Assembly (NCBI GenBank): GCA_964057225.1
Contig: OZ059894.1
Coordinates: 1,116,001-1,180,000, forward strand
Direction: 5' to 3'
Length of the DNA: 64,000 nucleotides
Source: Auanema rhodensis
Lineage: Eukaryota > Animalia > Nematoda
This document shows positions 1 through 9,500 of the stretch, one piece after another (the stretch's first letter is position 1; each line of letters opens with the position of its first letter). The notes below the pieces were generated by a model. That model ran no database searches, was not told where the DNA came from, and was given only the letters and a program-made list of their open reading frames with translations. The position numbers and the translations under genes are program-made.

Positions 1-100
1 CGACGCAGCTTAAAAATCCGCATCGAATGCACTATACTACATTGAGAAACGCTTAATACAAAAATTAGTTATGATCGTTTGAAAAATGATGCATTAGTGT

Positions 101-128
101 ATGTTGAGTTTCCATGTACACTCAACAT
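101..128. other. Perfect 9-bp inverted repeat with 10-nt spacer, once per monomer; first copy shown
   Basis: ATGTTGAGT(101-109)-TTCCATGTAC-ACTCAACAT(120-128). Confidence 0.92.
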
Positions 129-134
129 TGCTTC

Positions 135-214
135 CAAAAACATTTTGACAAAAGTTTTTTCAAAAAATTTCAAAATAATTTAGCAAAAAGTAGATGTTTT
201 TAGGTTCCTTTTTT
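135..214. repeat. Degenerate 10-14 bp CAAAA(A)..TTT sub-repeats / clustered A- and T-tracts within each monomer
   Basis: CAAAAACATTTTG ACAAAAATTTTTT CAAAAAATTT CAAAATAATTT AGCAAAAA. A-tracts start at about 136, 150, 162, 172 and 185; T-tracts at about 197 and 209. Confidence 0.7.
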
Positions 215-310
215 CAAGGCAAAGACGATGGACAATGTTTTTCAACGAAAAAATTAATTCTTCAGGGTGAAAATCGAGGATATAAATGTGAACTTATATC
301 AGTTGATATC

Positions 311-377
311 TCGGTGCATTTTTAAGCTAGCGCAAATCTGATAACACGGATCGACGCAGCTTAAAAATCCGCATCGA
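311..377 (+). other. Long imperfect inverted repeat (67-nt hairpin/cruciform), present once per monomer; first copy shown
   Basis: TCGGTGC(311-317)/GCATCGA(371-377) with one G-T; ATTTTTAAGCT(318-328)/AGCTTAAAAAT(358-368) perfect 11 bp; GCG(330-332)/CGC(355-357); ATCTG(336-340)/CAGAT or CGGAT(347-351); loop ATAACA. Confidence 0.9.
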
Positions 378-629
378 ATGCACTATACTACATTGAGAAA
401 TGCTTAATACAAAAATTAGTTATGATCGTTTGAAAAATGATGCATTAGTGTATGTTGAGTTTCCATGTACACTCAACATTGCTTCCAAAAACATTTTGAC
501 GAAAATTTTTTCAAAAAATTTCAAAATAATTTAGCAAAAAGTAGATGTTTTTAGATTCCTTTTTTCAAGGCAAACACGATGGACTTTGTTTTTCAACGGA
601 ACAATTAATTCTTCAGGGTGAAAATCGAG

Positions 630-651
630 GATATAAGTGTGAACTTATATC
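630..651 (+). other. Perfect 9-bp inverted repeat with GTGA tetraloop, in most monomers; monomer 2 copy shown
   Basis: GATATAAGT(630-638)-GTGA-ACTTATATC(643-651). Confidence 0.9.
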
Positions 652-2106
652 AGTTGATATCTCGGTGCATTTTTAAGCTAGCGCAAATCTGATAACAAAG
701 ATCGACGCAGCTTAAAAATCCGCATCGAATGCACTATACTACATTGAGAAACGCTTAATACAAAAATTAGTTATGATCGTTTGAAAAATGATGCATTAGT
801 GTATGTTGAGTTTCCATGTACACTCAACATTGCTTCCAAAAACATTTTGACAAAAATTTTTTCAAAAGATTTCAAAATAATTTAGCAAAAAGTAGATGTT
901 TTTAGGTTCCTTTTTTCAAGGCAAAGACGATGGACAATGTTTTTCAACGAAAAAATTAATTCTTCAGGGTGAAAATCGAGGATATAAATGTGAACTTATA
1001 TCAGTTGATATCTCGGTGCATTTTTAAGCTAGCGCAAATCTGATAACACGGATCGACGCAGCTTAAAAATCCGCATCGAATGCACTATACTACATTGAGA
1101 AACGCTTAATACAAAAATTAGTTATGATCGTTTGAAAAATGATGCATTAGTGTATGTTGAGTTTCCATGTACACTCAACATTGCTTCCAAAAACATTTTG
1201 ACGAAAATTTTTTCAAAAAATTTCAAAATAATTTAGCAAAAAGTAGATGTTTTTAGATTCCTTTTTTCAAGGCAAACACGATGGACATTGTTTTTCAACG
1301 AAAAAATTAATTCTTCAGGGTGAAAATCGAGGATATAAGTGTGAACTTATATCAGTTGATATCTCGGTGCATTTTTAAGCTAGCGCAAATCTGATAACAA
1401 AGATCGACGCAGCTTAAAAATCCGCATTGAATGCACTATGCTACATTGAGAAACGCTCAATACAAAAATTAGTTATGATCGTTTGAAAAATGATGCATTA
1501 GTGTATGTTGAGTTTCCATGTACACTCAACATTGCTTCCAAAAACATTTTGACAAAAATTTTTTCAAAAAATTTCAAAACAATTTAGCAAAAAGTAGATG
1601 TTTTTAGGTTCCTTTTTTTAAGGCAAAGACGATGGACAATGTTTTTCAACGAAAAAATTAATTCTTCAGGGTGAAAATCGAGGATATAAATGTGAACTTA
1701 TATCAGTTGATATCTCGGTGCATTTTTAAGCTAGCGCAAATCTGATAACACGGATCGACGCAGCTTAAAAATCCGCATCGAATGCACTATACTACATTGA
1801 GAAATGCTTAATACAAAAATTAGTTATGATCGTTTGAAAAATGATGCATTAGTGTATGTTGAGTTTCCATGTACACTCAACATTGCTTCCAAAAACATTT
1901 TGACGAAAATTTTTTCAAAAAATTTCAAAATAATTTAGCAAAAAGTAGATGTTTTTAGATTCCTTTTTTCAAGGCAAACACGATGGACATTGTTTTTCAA
2001 CGAAAAAATTAATTCTTCAGGGTGAAAATCGAGGATATAAGTGTGAACTTATATCAGTTGATATCTCGGTGCATTTTTAAGCTAGCGCAAATCTGATAAC
2101 AAAGAT

Positions 2107-3510
2107 CGACGCAGCTTAAAAATCCGCATTGAATGCACTATACTACATTGAGAAACGCTCAATACAAAAATTAGTTATGATCGTTTGAAAAATGATGCAT
2201 TAGTGTATGTTGAGTTTCCATGTACACTCAACATTGCTTCCAAAAACATTTTGACAAAAATTTTTTCGAAAATATTCAAAATAATTTAGCAAAAAGTAGA
2301 TGTTTTTAGATTCCTTTTTTCAAGGCAAACACGATGGACAATGTTTTTCAACGAATAAATTAATTCTTCAGGGTGAAAATCGAGGATATAAGTGTGAACT
2401 TATATCAGTTGATATCTCGGTGCATTTTTAAGCTAGCGCAAATCTGATAACACAGATCGACGCAGCTTAAAAATCCGCATCGAATGCACTATACTACATT
2501 GAGAAAGGCTTAATACAAAAATTAGTTATGATCGTTTGAAAAATGATGCATTAGTGTATGTTGAGTTTCCATGTACACTCAACATTGCTTCCAAAAACAT
2601 TTTGACAAAAATGTTTTCGAAAAATTTCAAAATAATTTAGCAAAAAGTAGATGTTTTTAGATTCCTTTTTTCAAGGCAAAGACGATGGACAATGTTTTTC
2701 AACGAAAAAATTAATTCTTCAGGGTGAAAATCGAGGATATAAGTGTGAACTTATATCAGTTGATATCTCGGTGCATTTTTAAGCTAGCGCAAATCTGATA
2801 ACAAAGATCGACGCAGCTTAAAAATCCGCATTGAATGCACTATACTACATTGAGAAACGCTCAATACAAAAATTAGTTATGATCGTTTGAAAAATGATGC
2901 ATTAGTGTATGTTGAGTTTCCATGTACACTCAACATTGCTTCCAAAAACATTTTGACAAAAATTTTTTCGAAAATATTCAAAATAATTTAGCAAAAAGTA
3001 GATGTTTTTAGATTCCTTTTTTCAAGGCAAACACGATGGACAATGTTTTTCAACGAAAAAATTAATTCTTCAGGGTGAAAATCGAGGATATAAGTGTGAA
3101 CTTATATCAGTTGATATCTCGGTGCATTTTTAAGCTAGCGCAAATCTGATAACACAGATCGACGCAGATTAAAAATCCGCATCGAATGCACTATACTACA
3201 TTGAGAAAGGCTTAATACAAAAATTAGTTATGATCGTTTGAAAAATGATGCATTAGTGTATGTTGAGTTTCCATGTACACTCAACATTGCTTCCAAAAAC
3301 ATTTTGACAAAAATTTTTTCGAAAAATTTCAAAATAATTTAGCAAAAAGTAGATGTTTTTAGATTCTTTTTTTCAAGGCAAAGACGATGGACAATGTTTT
3401 TCAACGAAAAAATTAATTCTTCAGGGTGAAAATCGAGGATATAAATGTGAACTTATATCAGTTGATATCTCGGTGCATTTTTAAGCTAGCGCAAATCTGA
3501 TAACACGGAT
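2107..3510. repeat. Second local dimeric higher-order repeat, 2 copies
   Basis: Monomers at 2107 and 2809 share GAAAATATTC. Monomers at 2458 and 3160 share GAAAGGCTT. Confidence 0.8.
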
Positions 3511-6500
3511 CGACGCAGCTTAAAAATCCGCATCGAATGCACTATACTACATTGAGAAACGCTTAATACAAAATTAGTTATGATCGTTTGAAAAATGATG
3601 CATTAGTGTATGTTGAGTTTCCATGTACACTCAACATTGCTTCCAAAAACATTTTGACAAAAATTTTTTCGAAAAATTTCAAAATAATTTAGCAAAAAGT
3701 AGATGTTTTTAGATTCCTTTTTTCAAGGCAAAGACGATGGACAATGTTTTTCAACGAAAAAATTAATTCTTCAGGGTGAAAATCGAGGATATAAGTGTGA
3801 ACTTATATCAGTTGATATCTCGGTGCATTTTTAAGCTAGCGCAAATCTGATAACACGGATCGACGCAGCTTAAAAATCCGCATCGAATGCACTATACTAC
3901 ATTGAGAAACGCTTAATACAAAATTAGTTATGATCGTTTGAAAAATGATGCATTAGTGTATGTTGAGTTTCCATGTACACTCAACATTGCTTCCAAAAAC
4001 ATTTTGACAAAAATTTTTTCGAAAAATTTCAAAATAATTTAGCAAAAAGTAGATGTTTTTAGATTCTTTTTTTCAAGGCAAAGACGATGGACAATGTTTT
4101 TCAACGAAAAAATTAATTCTTCAGGGTGAAAATCGAGGATATAAGTGTGAACTTATATCAGTTGATATCTCGGTGCATTTTTAAGCTAGCGCAAATCTGA
4201 TAACAAAGATCGACGCAGCTTAAAAATCCGCATTGAATGCACTATACTACATTGAGAAACGCTCAATACAAAAATTAGTTATGATCGTTTGAAAAATGAT
4301 GCATTAGTGTATGTTGAGTTTCCATGTACACTCAACATTGCTTCCAAAAACATTTTGACAAAAATTTTTTCAAAAAATTTCAAAATAATTTAGCAAAAAG
4401 TAGATGTTTTTAGATTCCTTTTTTCAAGGCAAAGACGATGGACAATGTTATTCATCGAAAAAATTAATTCTTCAGGGTGAAAATCGAGGATATAAGTGTG
4501 AACATATATCAGTTGATATCTCGGTGCATTTTTAAGCTAGCGCAAATCTGATAACACGGATCGACGCAGCTTAAAAATCCGCATCGAATGCTTTATACTA
4601 CATTGAGAAACGCTTAATACAAAAATTAGTTATGATCGTTTGAAAAATGATGCATTAGTGTATGTTGAGTTTCCATGTACACTCAACATTGCTTCCAAAA
4701 ACATTTTGACAAAAATTTTTTCAAAAAATTTCAAAATAATTTAGCAAAAAGTAGATGTTTTTAGATTCCTTTTTTCAAGGCAAAGACGATGGACAATGTT
4801 TTTCAACGAAAAAATTAATTCTTCAGGGTGAAAATCGAGGATATAAGTGTGAACTTATATCAGTTGATATCTCGGTGCATTTTTAAGCTAGCGCAAATCT
4901 GATAACACAGATCGACGCAGCTTAAAAATCCGCATCGAATGCACTATACTACATTGAGAAACGCTTTATACAAAAATTAGTTATCATCGTTTGAAAAATG
5001 ATGCATTAGTGTATGTTGAGTTTCCATGTACACTCAACATTGCTTCCAAAAACATTTTGACAAAAATGTTTTCGAAAAATTTCAAAATAATTTAGCAAAA
5101 AGTAGATGTTTTTAGATTCCTTTTTTCAAGGCAAAGACGATGGACAATGTTTTTCAACGAAAAAATTAATTCTTCAGGGTGAAAATCGAGGATATAAATG
5201 TGAACTTATATCAGTTGATATCTCGGTGCATTTTTAAGCTAGCGCAAATCTGATAACACGGATCGACGCAGCTTAAAAATCCGCATCGAATGCACTATAC
5301 TACATTGAGAAACGCTTAATACAAAATTAGTCATGATCGTTTGAAAAATGATGCATTAGTGTATGTTGAGTTTCCATGTACACTCAACATTGCTTCCAAA
5401 AACATTTTGACAAAAATTTTTTCGAAAAATTTCAAAATAATTTAGCAAAAAGTAGATGTTTTTAGATTCTTTTTTTCAAGGCAAAGACGATGGACAATGT
5501 TTTTAAACGAAAAAATTAATTCTTCAGGGTGAAAATCGAGGATATAAGTGTGAACTTATATCAGTTGATATCTCGGTGCATTTTTAAGCTAGCGCAAATC
5601 TGATAACACAGATCGACGCAGCTTAAAAATCCGCATCGAATGCACTATACTACATTAAGAAACGCTTTATACAAAAATTAGTTATGATCGTTTGAAAAAT
5701 GATGCATTAGTGTATGTTGAGTTTCCATGTACACTCAACATTGCTTCCAAAAACATTTTGACAAAAATGTTTTCGAAAAATTTCAAAATAATTTAGCAAA
5801 AAGTAGATGTTTTTAGATTCCTTTTTTCAAGGCAAAGACGATGGACAATGTTTTTCAACGAAAAAATTAATTCTTCAGGGTGAAAATCGAGGATATAAAT
5901 GTGAACTTATATCAGTTGATATCTCGGTGCATTTTTAAGCTAGCGCAAATCTGATAACACGGATCGACGCAGCTTAAAAATCCGCATCGAATGCACTATA
6001 CTACATTGAGAAACGCTTAATACAAAATTAGTTATGATCGTTTGAAAAATGATGCATTAGTGTATGTTGAGTTTCCATGTACACTCAACATTGCTTCCAA
6101 AAACATTTTGACAAAAATTTTTTCGAAAAATTTCAAAATAATTTAGCAAAAAGTAGATGTTTTTAGATTCTTTTTTTCAAGGCAAAGACGATGGACAATG
6201 TTTTTCAACGAAAAAATTAATTCTTCAGGGTGAAAATCGAGGATATAAGTGTGAACTTATATCAGTTGATATCTCGGTGCATTTTTAAGCTAGCGCAAAT
6301 CTGATAACACAGATCGACGCAGCTTAAAAATCCGCATCGAATGCACTATACTACATTAAGAAACGCTTTATACAAAAATTAGTTATGATCGTTTGAAAAA
6401 TGATGCATTAGTGTATGTTGAGTTTCCATGTACACTCAACATTGCTTCCAAAAACATTTTGACAAAAATTTTTTCAAAAAATTTCAAAATAATTTAGCAA

Positions 6501-9500
6501 AAAGTAGATGTTTTTAGATTCCTTTTTTCAAGGCAAAGACGATGGACAATGTTATTCATCGAAAAAATTAATTCTTCAGGGTGAAAATCGAGGATATAAG
6601 TGTGAACTTATATCAGTTGATATCTCGGTGCATTTTTAAGCTAGCGCAAATCTGATACCACAGATCGACGCAGCTTAAAAATCCGCATCGAATGCACTAT
6701 ACTACATTGAGAAACGCTTGATACAAAAATTAGTTATGATCGTTTGAAAAATGATGCATTAGTGTATGTTGAGTTTCCATGTACACTCAACATTGCTTCC
6801 AAAAACATTTTGACAAAAATGTTTTCGAAAAATTTCGAAATAATTTAGCAAAAAGTAGATGTTTTTAGATTCTTTTTTTCAAGGCAAAGACGATGGACAA
6901 TGTTTTTCAACGAAAAAATTAATTCTTCAGGGTGAAAATCGAGGATATAAGTGTGAACTTATATCAGTTGATATCTCGGTGCATTTTTAAGCTAGCGCAA
7001 ATCTGATAACACAGATCGACGCAGCTTAAAAATCCGCATCGAATGCACTATACTACATTAAGAAACGCTTTATACAAAAATTAGTTATGATCGTTTGAAA
7101 AATGATGCATTAGTGTATGTTGAGTTTCCATGTACACTCAACATTGCTTCCAAAAACATTTTGACAAAAATGTTTTCGAAAAATTTCGAAATAATTTAGC
7201 AAAAAGTGGATGTTTTTAGATTCCTTTTTTCAAGGCAAAGACGATGGACAATGTTTTTCAACGAAAAAATTAATTCTTCAGGGTGAAAATCGAGGATATA
7301 AATGTGAACTTATATCAGTTGATATCTCGGTGCATTTTTAAGCTAGCGCAAATCTGATAACACGGATCGACGCAGCTTAAAAATCCGCATCGAATGCACT
7401 ATACTACATTGAGAAACGCTTGATACAAAAATTAGTTATGATCGTTTGAAAAATGATGCATTAGTGTATGTTGAGTTTCCATGTACACTCAACATTGCTT
7501 CCAAAAACATTTTGACAAAAATGTTTTCGAAAAATTTCAAAATAATTTAGCAAAAAGTAGATGTTTTTAGATTCCTTTTTTCAAGGCAAAGACGATGGAC
7601 AATGTTTTTCAACGAAAAAATTAATTCTTCAGGGTGAAAATCGAGGATATAAATGTGAACTTATATCAGTTGATATCTCGGTGCATTTTTAAGCTAGCGC
7701 AAATCTGATAACACGGATCGACGCAGCTTAAAAATCCGCATCGAATGCACTATACTACATTGAGAAACGCTTAATACAAAATTAGTTATGATCGTTTGAA
7801 AAATGATGCATTAGTGTATGTTGAGTTTCCATGTACACTCAACATTGCTTCCAAAAACATTTTGACAAAAATTTTTTCGAAAAATTTCAAAATAATTTAG
7901 CAAAAAGTAGATGTTTTTAGATTCTTTTTTTCAAGGCAAAGACGATGGACAATGTTTTTCAACGAAAAAATTAATTCTTCAGGGTGAAAATCGAGGATAT
8001 AAGTGTGAACTTATATCAGTTGATATCTCGGTGCATTTTTAAGCTAGCGCAAATCTGATAACACAGATCGACGCAGCTTAAAAATCCGCATCGAATGCAC
8101 TATACTACATTAAGAAACGCTTTATACAAAAATTAGTTATGATCGTTTGAAAAATGATGCATTAGTGTATGTTGAGTTTCCATGTACACTCAACATTGCT
8201 TCCAAAAACATTTTGACAAAAATGTTTTCGAAAAATTTCAAAATAATTTAGCAAAAAGTAGATGTTTTTAGATTCCTTTTTTCAAGGCAAAGACGATGGA
8301 CAATGTTTTTCAACGAAAAAATTAATTCTTCAGGGTGAAAATCGAGGATATAAATGTGAACTTATATCAGTTGATATCTCGGTGCATTTTTAAGCTAGCG
8401 CAAATCTGATAACACGGATCGACGCAGCTTAAAAATCCGCATCGAATGCACTATACTACATTGAGAAACGCTTAATACAAAATTAGTTATGATCGTTTGA
8501 AAAATGATGCATTAGTGTATGTTGAGTTTCCATGTACACTCAACATTGCTTCCAAAAACATTTTGACAAAAATTTTTTCGAAAAATTTCAAAATAATTTA
8601 GCAAAAAGTAGATGTTTTTAGATTCTTTTTTTCAAGGCAAAGACGATGGACAATGTTTTTCAACGAAAAAATTAATTCTTCAGGGTGAAAATCGAGGATA
8701 TAAGTGTGAACTTATATCAGTTGATATCTCGGTGCATTTTTAAGCTAGCGCAAATCTGATAACACAGATCGACGCAGCTTAAAAATCCGCATCGAATGCA
8801 CTATACTACATTAAGAAACGCTTTATACAAAAATTAGTTATGATCGTTTGAAAAATGATGCATTAGTGTATGTTGAGTTTCCATGTACACTCAACATTGC
8901 TTCCAAAAACATTTTGACAAAAATTTTTTCAAACAATTTCAAAATAATTTAGCAAAAAGTAGATGTTTTTGGATTCCTTTTTTCAAGGCAAAGACGATGG
9001 ACAATGTTATTCATCGAAAAAATTAATTCTTCAGGGTGAAAATCGAGGATATAAGTGTGAACTTATATCAGTTGATATCTCGGTGCATTTTTAAGCTAGC
9101 GCAAATCTGATACCACAGATCGACGCAGCTTAAAAATCCGCATCGAATGCACTATACTACATTGAGAAACGCTTGATACAAAAATTAGTTATGATCGTTT
9201 GAAAAATGATGCATTAGTGTATGTTGAGTTTCCATGTACACTCAACATTGCTTCCAAAAACATTTTGACAAAAATGTTTTCGAAAAATTTCGAAATAATT
9301 TAGCAAAAAGTGGATGTTTTTAGATTCCTTTTTTCAAGGCAAAGACGATGGACAATGTTTTTCAACGAAAAAATTAATTCTTCAGGGTGAAAATCGAGGA
9401 TATAAATGTGAACTTATATCAGTTGATATCTCGGTGCATTTTTAAGCTAGCGCAAATCTGATAACACGGATCGACGCAGCTTAAAAATCCGCATCGAATG

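Larger units (their letters stand above)
1..351. repeat. Representative satellite monomer (arbitrary phase), about 32% GC, A/T-tract rich
   Basis: Hand count gives 111 G+C in 351 bp and 12 CpG. Stop codons occur in all six frames. Confidence 0.97.
1..2106. repeat. Local 702-bp dimeric higher-order repeat, 3 copies
   Basis: Monomers 1, 3, 5 carry TAGGTTCC + ATAAATGTG + CACGG. Monomers 2, 4, 6 carry GACGAAAA + CAAACACG + CAAAG. Confidence 0.85.

Noticed and set aside
233-249. CENP-B-box-like TTTCGTTGAAAAACATT on the minus strand
   Set aside because: It matches the TTCG..A part but lacks the essential CGGG, and the site is polymorphic.
228-275. Hammerhead ribozyme on the minus strand (CTGAAGA = CUGANGA at 259-265, followed by GAAA), attractive because ribozyme-bearing satellites and retrozymes have similar monomer sizes
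   Set aside because: There is no credible stem II between CUGAAGA and GAAA, and no stem I/III pairing around an NUH site. Common variants destroy both motifs (TTTTCAG; TTATTCATCG). The + strand CTGATAA also lacks the conserved G. An Infernal/Rfam search or in vitro cleavage assay would settle it.
281-286. TATA box (TATAAA)
   Set aside because: It is present only in a minority variant (most copies have TATAAG) and is expected by chance in AT-rich DNA.
1-351. Repeat-protein CDS (351 is a multiple of 3, so frames are preserved across monomers)
   Set aside because: All six frames contain stops in each monomer. The longest + strand stretch I noticed (46-183, about 45 codons) has no ATG.
1-351. 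Tandem RNA-gene cluster (5S rRNA, tRNA, SL RNA, snRNA) or identity with Drosophila 1.688 (359-bp family) or other named ~350-bp satellites
   Set aside because: No recognisable 5S, tRNA or SL sequence or Pol III boxes. Similarity to named satellites is limited to length and AT richness as far as I can tell; a database search is needed.
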